A DNA stretch of 64,000 bases from Candidatus Subterrananammoxibius californiae (GTDB lineage: Bacteria; Planctomycetota; Brocadiia; Brocadiales; Subterrananammoxibiaceae). How positions within the stretch are numbered: the first letter of the stretch is position 1; each line of letters opens with the position of its first letter. The translations under genes were made by a program, and so were the position numbers. Shown piece after piece: positions 19,829-28,407 of this stretch. The notes beneath the pieces are model-generated. The model was given only the letters and a program-made list of their open reading frames with translations, did not search any database and was not told the DNA's origin. The DNA lies in NCBI GenBank assembly GCA_030586555.1, contig JAURAC010000001.1:32001-96000 (forward strand), in the 5' to 3' direction.

Positions 19829-20047
19829 ATGAATAATTCAATTCAATTACTTGACGTTGTGGCGTTAACTGAAGATTTGCCCCAGAGAAATTTATTTCGT
19901 GGACAGGTTGGTACCGTTGTAGAATTATTAGCTCCTAATGTATTTGAGGTTGAGTTTAGTGATGACAAAGGGCAAACTTATGCAATGTTAACTCTACGGG
20001 CGGACCAAATAATGGTTTTACATTATCAACCCATTGAAACGATTTAA
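19829..20047 (+). CDS. DUF4926 domain protein (putative antitoxin)
   Basis: LLDVVAL.EDLP..L.RGQVGTVVE..VFEVEFSD..G.TYA; AGGAGG RBS. Confidence 0.85.
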   Translation: MNNSIQLLDVVALTEDLPQRNLFRGQVGTVVELLAPNVFEVEFSDDKGQTYAMLTLRADQIMVLHYQPIETI

Positions 20048-20075
20048 AAAAATAATAAGGACAACGCCAAAAAAA

Positions 20076-20103
20076 GTAGGGGCGAACGGCCGTTCGCCCC
20101 TAC
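20076..20103. repeat. GTAGGGGC REP palindrome
   Basis: GTAGGGGCGAACGGCCGTTCGCCCCTAC. Confidence 0.9.
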
Positions 20104-20153
20104 AATAATTATCCAACGTGTACGCTCCTTTTACGCATCACGTCTCGGTTTGT

Positions 20154-21383
20154 TTAAAAAATGTATGCAACACCAACAGCCGCTGTGGTCTGGTTATCAC
20201 GAGTGCCGGGGAAAACACCATCAGCATTTTTGCCGTTTGCCCAATCGTATCGAAACTCAGGCCTTACATATAGATTGTTCCTTACCTTGATGTTAAACGT
20301 TGTCGTGACTTCGTATACTTCTATAGCTGCGGTAGAACTACCTATAAGACCACCAAGGCTCCTTGAACCACTATCCTTAAACCATTCACCCCTCACGGCG
20401 ATATCAAAAGCATCGGTAAAGAAATACTGGGCTATAATGGCTAAGCCGTGCCAGTTCCCAACGTTTTCCTCCGTTCCGTGGTCGTAATTGAAGTTAAATT
20501 TTAGCTTGTCCCACGGGCTGTAAACCCATATAAAGTCCCAGAAATGACGCACATCATGCGAGTTGCCAGGTTGCTCTGCCCCATGGGCGCCATTTAACCA
20601 GAAAGAGCACGTATCTGAAAGGGCATAGGCTATCTGATAGCCTAACGTCTTTGCCGTATTATTATCAACAAACGTATCCCAGCCATTGACAAGGAAGCCA
20701 GAAATGGTAAGCTTGTCGGTAAAAGGATAAGTAGCGGCTAAGCCTGTGTGGGTAAATGGAATGGCGAGGTTGTAGAGATATGAACGGGAGTAATTGGGGT
20801 TATCAACACTCTCCCAAAGCTCAGCGCCTATCCATGTGGCAAATTTACCCATCTTAAGGTCAAGCCCCTTTCCTATGGGCGCCTTGTAAGTAGCGTAACC
20901 CTGGGCTACGGTAAAGCTGTTACCACCCGGAGTAAACGAATCAACCCTTCCGTGGCTTTCGACGAAGGTCATAAAGTTTGCTATCTCACCGTAGAGCGTG
21001 ACGAACCCAAAGCCTACTGGAGACTCCTCCGTTGACGGCTTTACTACCTGGAGTTCAATGTTACTGAGCGTAAAGGAATTGTCCTGCCGGTCAAATGCCC
21101 TTAAGACGTTAGCCTCTGAGAATACAGTACCCGCATCGGATGAACGTCCAGGTCCCCTTGAAGAAGGACGGTTAAAGTTATAGCTGTAATATGTATCTAC
21201 AAACCCGCCAATGCTGATACTCTTCAAGAAATCCAGGGTGGTTGGCTCTTCTGCGGCTACAGGCTCTGGCTCTGGTGCGGCTGCTTCCTCCTGGGCATAA
21301 ACTACATTACCCATAGCAAGTGTAATACAAAACGCAAATATACCCAACAACATAAGTCTTTGCGACCACAAATGTCTCATCAC
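20154..21383 (-). CDS. Outer-membrane beta-barrel porin (BBP2/DUF1597-like)
   Basis: Signal peptide, GFVDTYYSYNFN, GKF.T.IG.E, N.NYSRS, PFTHTG, RPEFRYD, C-terminal F. Confidence 0.85.
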   Translation of the reverse strand: MMRHLWSQRLMLLGIFAFCITLAMGNVVYAQEEAAAPEPEPVAAEEPTTLDFLKSISIGGFVDTYYSYNFNRPSSRGPGRSSDAGTVFSEANVLRAFDRQDNSFTLSNIELQVVKPSTEESPVGFGFVTLYGEIANFMTFVESHGRVDSFTPGGNSFTVAQGYATYKAPIGKGLDLKMGKFATWIGAELWESVDNPNYSRSYLYNLAIPFTHTGLAATYPFTDKLTISGFLVNGWDTFVDNNTAKTLGYQIAYALSDTCSFWLNGAHGAEQPGNSHDVRHFWDFIWVYSPWDKLKFNFNYDHGTEENVGNWHGLAIIAQYFFTDAFDIAVRGEWFKDSGSRSLGGLIGSSTAAIEVYEVTTTFNIKVRNNLYVRPEFRYDWANGKNADGVFPGTRDNQTTAAVGVAYIF

Positions 21384-21454
21384 TCCCTCCTTTCTTAAAA
21401 GTTATCTATATTTAGTTAACCAGAATTGTGACACCAACGGTTACAAAAATGTGC

Positions 21455-21468
21455 GCAAATTTAGTGCC
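21455..21468 (-). promoter_or_regulatory. Sigma-54 (-24/-12) promoter of the porin gene
   Basis: Minus strand reads aGGCAC-TAAAT-TTGC, about 70 nt upstream of the start. Confidence 0.65.
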
Positions 21469-21815
21469 TTTTCATACTATACTTTGGTATCAGCTTTAAA
21501 CCTATATCGCTCTAAGATATCAAAATTAAATTGCTTAAGTGAAAATCCCAACGTGTGCTTAAAGGCTTGGACTTCAACGCAAAGCGTACACTCAAAGGCG
21601 AATCCCTTGTTAGAAAGTATACAATGTGCAAGAATTCAGCCACTCCAGAAAAGTGATTAATTGGCAAAAACGCCCTATTGCTACATCAAAAAATTCTGGA
21701 CTTGTTAGTGTTTTTCTACTATTATGATTAGTTAGAACTATTTTCAGAATTGGTGTATATATACTACTTTAAAATTCATTTGTCAAGAATTTTTTTAAAA
21801 AAATTTCGCCTACCT

Positions 21816-22595
21816 ATGAAAATACTTATACTGTCTGACATACATGCAAATTATCAGGCGCTCAGCTCTATAAAAGAGGAAGCGGATATGGTCTTTTGCC
21901 TTGGGGACATCGTGAACTATGGACCAAATCCTGAAGAGTGTCTTGAGTGGGTTAAAGCTCATGCGGCAAACATTGTCCGCGGGAACCATGATAATGCGAT
22001 TGGTCTTGGTGTTGACTGCGGATGTTCTTTGAAATACAAGGAACTCTCTGATGCAGTAAAGGTATTTACCGTTGCTGTTTTAAATAATAAAGACAAAAAA
22101 TTTCTCGGCTCGCTTCCGATACTGGAGCATATAAAAGTTAACGAGCTTACTTTCTTGCTATCTCACGGCTCTCCTAATGGGGATATGTATAAGTATTTAA
22201 GCCCCGACATCTCAGATGCAGAACTGCTTGCAGAATTTGGCAATTTGGAGCGTATTAACCACCCCCACCCTAACCCGCCCCCCTCGAGGGGGCAATTCAG
22301 TTGTTGCACTCCATGTTACCCTGATTTTGTCTTCATAGGACACACACACCTTCCTATGATTAGGAAAGTAAACGGGGTAACAATAGTAAATCCTGGCAGT
22401 GTGGGACAGCCGAGGGACGGCATACCCCTATGCTCCTACGCCGTCTGGGATGACGGCAATATTGAGATTAAGCGGGTAGGATATGATATTGATGCAACAA
22501 TTAAGGCTTATGAGGCAACTAACATCTCAAAACAACATATCCGGACGCTTTCACAATTGTTAAAAAACGCTGGCTTACCTTTTTTAAAAGAATAA
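21816..22595 (+). CDS. Metallophosphoesterase (YfcE/MJ0936-like) with in-frame repeat-derived insertion
   Basis: SDIHAN, LGDIVNYG, RGNHD, HGSP, GHTH, NPGSVGQPRD; insert HPHPNPPPSRG at 22260-22292. Confidence 0.9.
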   Translation: MKILILSDIHANYQALSSIKEEADMVFCLGDIVNYGPNPEECLEWVKAHAANIVRGNHDNAIGLGVDCGCSLKYKELSDAVKVFTVAVLNNKDKKFLGSLPILEHIKVNELTFLLSHGSPNGDMYKYLSPDISDAELLAEFGNLERINHPHPNPPPSRGQFSCCTPCYPDFVFIGHTHLPMIRKVNGVTIVNPGSVGQPRDGIPLCSYAVWDDGNIEIKRVGYDIDATIKAYEATNISKQHIRTLSQLLKNAGLPFLKE

Positions 22596-22709
22596 TTCAA
22601 TAGAAATGTTTAAATAGAAAATTAAAAAGTAAAATGGATTAATACATTTTAATCTTTCATTTAGATATTTCTATTTAATTTTTGTCTTGTTTTTTGTATC
22701 ATACAAGTC

Positions 22710-24755
22710 ATGTGGACAAAATTGCTGCCAATATTTTTGGCTATCATACTTTCTTTATCAACTCACGAGCGACGAGCGACGAGCGACGAGCGACCTACCT
22801 TAGGCAGACCCGACATCTTCTTTGAGACTAATAAATTCGATTTTGGAAAGATATGTGAAAAGGAAAAGGTTGAATACATCTTTAAATACAAAAACAGAGG
22901 TAGTAGCAAACTCGTCATACATGAAGTTAAAACCACCTGCGACTGTACCGCTGCTAATGCCAATTTAACGGAACTCGAACCTGGCGAATCGGGAGAGATA
23001 ATGGTCACATATACCGCCAGCAATAAGACAGGTAAATTCGAGAAGGCTGTTATCGTCATTTCAAACGACCCGAATACATCCCATTATGTCTTATTAATAA
23101 GCGGGGAAGTTGTAAGGGAGGTTATTGCAGACCCTGAATATATTGACTTTGGTTTAATTCCTACGGGTGAAAGGAGTAGTAAATCTGTAAAACTTAGTAA
23201 GGGATACGGTAACCGTTCCTTGTCCGCCTCAGGCGGATGGATAACGGGGATTGAATGCGATAGTCCACTCGTTACTGCATCCTATAAAGAGAATGGCAAT
23301 GATGAGTATATAATTGAAGCCACCCTTAAAAGTCCACCTAAGGTGGAGCAGACAAGCCAGCAGATACAGGGCAATATTTTCGTGCTCACAAAGGGACTAA
23401 AACAATCGCGGATAGAACTTCCATTTTTTGGTAAGGTTAGCGGGGATGTTTCAGACACAGCCTTAACAATAATGTTTACAGGTGAGGAAGCAGGCTATCT
23501 TGAACCCTGCGGCTGCTCAGAAGACCAGCTCGGCGGCATTCCAAGAAGACACACTTTTATCAAATCCCAAATCCCAAATCCCAAACCCCAAAACGCCCTG
23601 CTCGTAAGCCTTGGAGACCTTACCGATGGTTTTGGCAGACAGAGTGAAATTAAGATGGAAATCACCGTGCAAGCCCTTGAAATGATGGGTTATTTTGCAC
23701 ATAACCTTGGTGAAAAGGATATTGCCATGGGACCGGAGTTGCTCAACTATCTTCCCATGGTAAGCCGCCTGAAATTCCTCTCAAGCAACGTTAAATTTAC
23801 AGACGGCCTAACTAATAGAATACATCCCTTTTTAATAAAACATGTGCGTGGGAAGGATTTTTCTATTAAGATTGGGTTTTTAGGCATCTTATCATCCAGC
23901 GCCGCCGCAACAATGCCCTCTTACGGGTTCAAGATTACAGAACCGGTCTCATCGCTAAGACCCCTGATAGGCGTTCTGAAAGGCAGGGTGGACGTGCTTG
24001 TCCTTCTTTCACATGCCGAATGGGATGAGTCTATAAGGCTGGCAGAAATGTTCCCCGAACTTGACCTTGTAATTTCAGGACATGATATTGACGACCCCGC
24101 CGCTTATGAACCTGTGCATGTCAAGACTCGTACTGAGCAAGGCGAACGTAATACCACCGTGGTATCCGCTGGCAGTAAGGGCAAATATGCAGGAACATAT
24201 AGATATTCCCCTTACGAAAAGAAAGGCTCGGTAGAGATTATTCCTTTAAGTTCTATTTATACCGATTCCCCTGAAATGAGAGAATTGATAAAGCAGTATT
24301 TACAAATAGTAAAGGAAGAGAACCTTCTTGCTTACGAGCCTAAGATGCCTGTCCCTTCAAACGATACATTCGTTGGGAGTAAGACATGCAGCATTTGTCA
24401 TAAGGAGGTTTATAAACACTGGGAAACAACCACCCATGCATCCGCCTATGAGACCCTGATTAAGTCCGAACACAATTATGACCCTGATTGCATTCCCTGC
24501 CACGTTACCGGTTTCCAATACACATCGGGGTTTGAGTCTATCGAGAAAACACCCGCATTAAAGGGGGTGGGGTGCGAAGACTGTCACGGTCCTGGAAGCG
24601 CCCATATAAACGCCCCGCTGGAAGAATATGGTAAGACAACATCCGATGCCTGTGCAACCTGCCATATCCCTGACCACAGTCCTAAGTTTGAATTTATTTC
24701 GTACTGGAAAAAAATCACCCACCCCGAAGAACGCATCTCTGCGCTGGGTGGATAG
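22710..24755 (+). CDS. DUF1573 Ig domains + UshA/5'-nucleotidase-like domain + tetraheme cytochrome c
   Basis: VKTTCDCT (DUF1573), GYLEPCGC..QLGG..RR, four CxxCH motifs (CSICH, CIPCH, CEDCH, CATCH). Confidence 0.85.
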   Translation: MWTKLLPIFLAIILSLSTHERRATSDERPTLGRPDIFFETNKFDFGKICEKEKVEYIFKYKNRGSSKLVIHEVKTTCDCTAANANLTELEPGESGEIMVTYTASNKTGKFEKAVIVISNDPNTSHYVLLISGEVVREVIADPEYIDFGLIPTGERSSKSVKLSKGYGNRSLSASGGWITGIECDSPLVTASYKENGNDEYIIEATLKSPPKVEQTSQQIQGNIFVLTKGLKQSRIELPFFGKVSGDVSDTALTIMFTGEEAGYLEPCGCSEDQLGGIPRRHTFIKSQIPNPKPQNALLVSLGDLTDGFGRQSEIKMEITVQALEMMGYFAHNLGEKDIAMGPELLNYLPMVSRLKFLSSNVKFTDGLTNRIHPFLIKHVRGKDFSIKIGFLGILSSSAAATMPSYGFKITEPVSSLRPLIGVLKGRVDVLVLLSHAEWDESIRLAEMFPELDLVISGHDIDDPAAYEPVHVKTRTEQGERNTTVVSAGSKGKYAGTYRYSPYEKKGSVEIIPLSSIYTDSPEMRELIKQYLQIVKEENLLAYEPKMPVPSNDTFVGSKTCSICHKEVYKHWETTTHASAYETLIKSEHNYDPDCIPCHVTGFQYTSGFESIEKTPALKGVGCEDCHGPGSAHINAPLEEYGKTTSDACATCHIPDHSPKFEFISYWKKITHPEERISALGG

Positions 24756-24945
24756 GTAGTCAACGAGGTTTTACCCTGAATCAAGTTCAGGGTTGATTCC
24801 ACACTTTTTAGGGTGGCACGGATAAACTTGTTTATCCGTGAGGCTGCTATTAGAAATTGTACACACGGACAAATAAATTTGTCCATGCCACCCGGGATTC
24901 AACAGACCCTCCTAAGGCGGACAGGCATAAAGTCCGTTGTCTACC
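24755..24945. repeat. Nested composite of at least four palindrome families
   Basis: Outer GGTAG.CAACG...CGTTGTCTACC enclosing ACCCTGAA..TTCAGGGT, GGGTGGCACGGA..TGCCACCC and a CCTAAGG 15-mer. Confidence 0.8.
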
Positions 24946-25037
24946 AGTTCTCTACTCAAGCCTGCATTCATAAGCCATGCATTTATCGAGATTTACAAAC
25001 AATTTAATCCGTAGGTTTATTTTTTTCTAAAAAAGTA

Positions 25038-25064
25038 TTAAGTTTTTTCTCATATTGCCGATAT
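25038..25064 (+). promoter_or_regulatory. Sigma-28 (FliA)-like promoter upstream of MCP1
   Basis: TTAA-N15-GCCGATAT. Confidence 0.7.
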
Positions 25065-25227
25065 TTAGCATACACAAGAAAAAAAACTAAATCTTCTAAA
25101 GCTTGGGAAGTAAAGTGAGTAATGATGTTTTTACATTGGTTGTGGGGCAAGAATTTGCAATGTTGGCAGTTTTATAGTTATAAAATGGATTGGCACTGGC
25201 ATGTTCAATTGTTGAGGAGGAAGAGGC

Positions 25228-27267
25228 ATGTTTAAAAATATGAAGGTAGGAACAAAACTATTTTTGGGATTTGGCGCAATAACGGTAATACTTCTTGTTG
25301 CAGTGGTGACCTCACTATGGCAAGTTAGCGGCACAAGCAAAGCAACCACCCGTCTCATTGAATTGCGAGCGCCAACTGCCCTAACAAGTCTTACTATGCT
25401 TAACGGGCTTAATCACTCATTGGCTGCGCTTCGCGGATGGATTATCCTGGGCAAAGATAAGTTCAAGGATGAACGGTCAGAGGCATGGTCCAAAGAGATA
25501 GAGGAATCATTAAATGATATGAGAAAGCTTTCTGCCAGATGGACCGAGCATAAGAACATAGAAAGATTAAACGTTATCGAAAAGAAATTGGAAGAGTTTA
25601 AAAAATGTCAGCAAGAAATAGAGGATATTGCCCAAACAGTGGACAATACACCGGCTAATAAGGTCCTAATTGAACAAGCAGCGCCCCAGGCAGCTATTAT
25701 GACTACCAATATCACCAAGATGATAGACCTTGAAAAAGAATTAGAAGCTACGCCTGAAAGAAAGGCGTTGCTTGGTATGATGGCAGACGTGCGTGGCACT
25801 ACAGGCCTTGCGCTTGCGAACATACGTGCATACTTACTCACGGGCAATGAGGGGTTCAAGAAGGAGTTTGAGACACTGTGGGACAAAAATACAAAGAGGT
25901 TTGGCGAACTCACAGCCAATGCTAAACTTCTAACACCAGAGCAGCTTGCGGCATTCGATGCATTTAGCAAGGCAAGAGAGATATTCAATCCGTTACCACC
26001 AAAGATGTTCGAGATTCGAGGAAGTGACGAATGGAACCTGGCAAACGCATGGTTAGGAACCAAGGCGGCGCCGGCAGCCTCTGCGATTAAGGAAGAACTT
26101 GACGCTATGGTTGCAAGTCAAGAAGAATTGATGGCAACCGACACGGCAGAAGTGAAGAGCCGTACATCGTCCCTTCTTACGTTAGAGTGGATACTGCTTG
26201 CCGCTGGCATCCCTCTGGCAGTCGTAGTAGCAATCCTTGAGGTAAGGGTCGCAGGGCGTGTAACCAATATGTTAAGAAATTTGGTTCGAGAACTTTCTGA
26301 GGGTTCTTCGCATGTAGCCGCTGCATCCAATCAAATCTCCGCCTCAAGCCAGAGCCTCTCACAGGGAACAACGGAACAGGCTGCAGCCGTTGAGGAGACA
26401 ACGTCTTCGATGGAGGAAATGTCATCCATGACAAAGCAGAACGCCGACCATGCCAAAGAAGCGTCTCAATTAGCTGCCTTATGTAATAAATCAGCAGATG
26501 AAGGCAACAAGTCAATGGATGAGATGAACAACGCTATGAATGAGATTGACCAGAGTAGTAAGCAGATAGGCGATATTATCAGGACAATAGACGGCATAGC
26601 TTTCCAGACCAATCTCCTTGCGTTAAACGCAGCGGTTGAGGCTGCAAGGGCTGGCGAACATGGGAAAGGGTTTGCCGTGGTGGCAGAAGAGGTGCGCAGC
26701 CTTGCACAGAGAAGCGCAGTTGCAGCAAAGGATACATCTACATTAATCCAGGAAAGCTTGCGTAAGACGGGTGCTGGCGCTGAACTGGCAAAGAAATGCA
26801 CTGAGTCGTTCCAGAGCATAGTAACAAATGTCAAAAAGATGGCTAATCTGGTTAACGAAATCTCAGCAGCATCCCAGGAGCAATCCCAGGGCGTAGCACA
26901 AGTATCCAAAGCGATACAACAAATTGAGCAAGCGCTTCAGGAAAACGCTGCTACCGCAGAGGAAACTGCGGCGGCTGGTGAGGAATTATCGTCCCAATCA
27001 CAGATATTGAATACCCTCGTCTCTAAGATAGCAAATGAGGTAGGCGGCGGAAACGGAAGTATTAAAGCTGTATCTACTCGAAAGACAGGGTCTTCAATGG
27101 AGCCTAACCGTGATGTGGACCAGCCCGCGGCTCATAATCGCATAAATCAGCGATTGTTTGGCGGTGGGCTTCGTCGTACCGCATCAAAAGGAGCTAACGG
27201 TGGTAACGGCACGAAGGACCAATCAACCCCCCATCCTTTAGATGCCGCTTTTACCACCGTGGATTAA
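25228..27267 (+). CDS. Methyl-accepting chemotaxis protein with helical-bundle sensor domain
   Basis: Two TM helices; [34 protein letters not shown]. Confidence 0.95.
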   Translation: MFKNMKVGTKLFLGFGAITVILLVAVVTSLWQVSGTSKATTRLIELRAPTALTSLTMLNGLNHSLAALRGWIILGKDKFKDERSEAWSKEIEESLNDMRKLSARWTEHKNIERLNVIEKKLEEFKKCQQEIEDIAQTVDNTPANKVLIEQAAPQAAIMTTNITKMIDLEKELEATPERKALLGMMADVRGTTGLALANIRAYLLTGNEGFKKEFETLWDKNTKRFGELTANAKLLTPEQLAAFDAFSKAREIFNPLPPKMFEIRGSDEWNLANAWLGTKAAPAASAIKEELDAMVASQEELMATDTAEVKSRTSSLLTLEWILLAAGIPLAVVVAILEVRVAGRVTNMLRNLVRELSEGSSHVAAASNQISASSQSLSQGTTEQAAAVEETTSSMEEMSSMTKQNADHAKEASQLAALCNKSADEGNKSMDEMNNAMNEIDQSSKQIGDIIRTIDGIAFQTNLLALNAAVEAARAGEHGKGFAVVAEEVRSLAQRSAVAAKDTSTLIQESLRKTGAGAELAKKCTESFQSIVTNVKKMANLVNEISAASQEQSQGVAQVSKAIQQIEQALQENAATAEETAAAGEELSSQSQILNTLVSKIANEVGGGNGSIKAVSTRKTGSSMEPNRDVDQPAAHNRINQRLFGGGLRRTASKGANGGNGTKDQSTPHPLDAAFTTVD

Positions 27268-27547
27268 CGGCGGGTGACCAAGGTCTAAAGTCCGACACCC
27301 TGCCCCCACGCCCTCCCCCCCTCAAAGGGGGAGGGCATTTTAATTTTCCCTATGTGGACAGCCTACTTTAATCTTCTATCGCATGTTGATGTAGTACCGT
27401 ATTTCAGTACGCCCCCTACTTATGCAAGGGGGAAAACATAAAAATCCCCCTTAATAAAACTTACTTACATTATGCCATTAGTAGTCATAAGTCACGTATT
27501 TTACAATACTTACTATCGTGACTTAATTCTTTCCCTAAAAAAAGTAT

Positions 27548-27574
27548 TAATCTTTTTTCTTATTTTGCCGATAT
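27548..27574 (+). promoter_or_regulatory. Sigma-28-like promoter upstream of response regulator/MCP2, in a duplicate of the 25020-25100 block
   Basis: TAAT-N15-GCCGATAT; flanks match the MCP1 upstream region. Confidence 0.7.
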
Positions 27575-27650
27575 TATATACGTAAATTTACGCAATAAAC
27601 TAAACCTTCTAAAACTTTCTTTTTTTCAAAAAGGTTAGAGGAGAGTAAGG

Positions 27651-28265
27651 GTGAATAACGATGTTTTAACCTCGGGCGAGGTGGCAAGGATTTGCAACGT
27701 CAGCAGTCCTACGGTTATCAAATGGATTGACTCTGGCATGCTCAAAGGCTTTAGAATCCCTGGTTCTAAGGCAAGACGTGTTGCAAGAAAAGATTTGCTT
27801 GCATTTATGGTTGAACATGGCATGCCTTTAGAAAACCTCAATGATATTAAAACCAAAATCCTTGTAATTGATGATAACGTCAATTTTTGCAATATGCTTA
27901 AGAGAGAATTTGACCTCGATGGCTCGTTTGATGCCTTAATCGTCCAGAACGCATTCAGGGCAGGGACAATGCTTGAAGAATTTAAGCCCGACATCGTCCT
28001 GTTAGACGTGCTCCTCGACGGCATAAACGGCAAGGATGTATGCAAATTCCTCAGGCAAAATGCAGATTTCAACCACATAAAGGTTATTGGCACGTCTGGG
28101 GTCTATTCACAAGAGTCAATAATGGAGCATGATACTGGAGGGTTTGACGGCTTTCTCAAAAAGCCGTTTAAATTTAGTGAGTTAAAGGAAAAGATTTATG
28201 AGCTTCAAAATGCCGAACCTTCAACATTGGCTAAAAGGCAAATCATTGAACATATAACAGATTAG
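27651..28265 (+). CDS. Response regulator: excisionase-like HTH + receiver domain
   Basis: LTSGEVARICNVS..TV.KWIDSG.L.GFR.PG; ILVIDD, LLDVLL, KPF. Confidence 0.9.
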   Translation: MNNDVLTSGEVARICNVSSPTVIKWIDSGMLKGFRIPGSKARRVARKDLLAFMVEHGMPLENLNDIKTKILVIDDNVNFCNMLKREFDLDGSFDALIVQNAFRAGTMLEEFKPDIVLLDVLLDGINGKDVCKFLRQNADFNHIKVIGTSGVYSQESIMEHDTGGFDGFLKKPFKFSELKEKIYELQNAEPSTLAKRQIIEHITD

Positions 28266-28407
28266 AAGCAAAAAAGATGTTTAAAAATTCTGTGACAAGT
28301 ACAATCAATTAATTACATAGCGCTAAAGATTACGTTTTATTTAGAAAACACCCCAACTCAGCTCACAGGACGTGGGAGGGATGGGAAGGGGGTTGGAGGA
28401 GATTGCG

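Noticed and set aside
23508..23516. Selenocysteine in the CxC motif
   Set aside because: The codons are TGC-GGC-TGC, with no in-frame TGA.
24584..25007. ORFs 24584..24886 and 24813..25007
   Set aside because: They read through nested palindromic repeats and are likely spurious.
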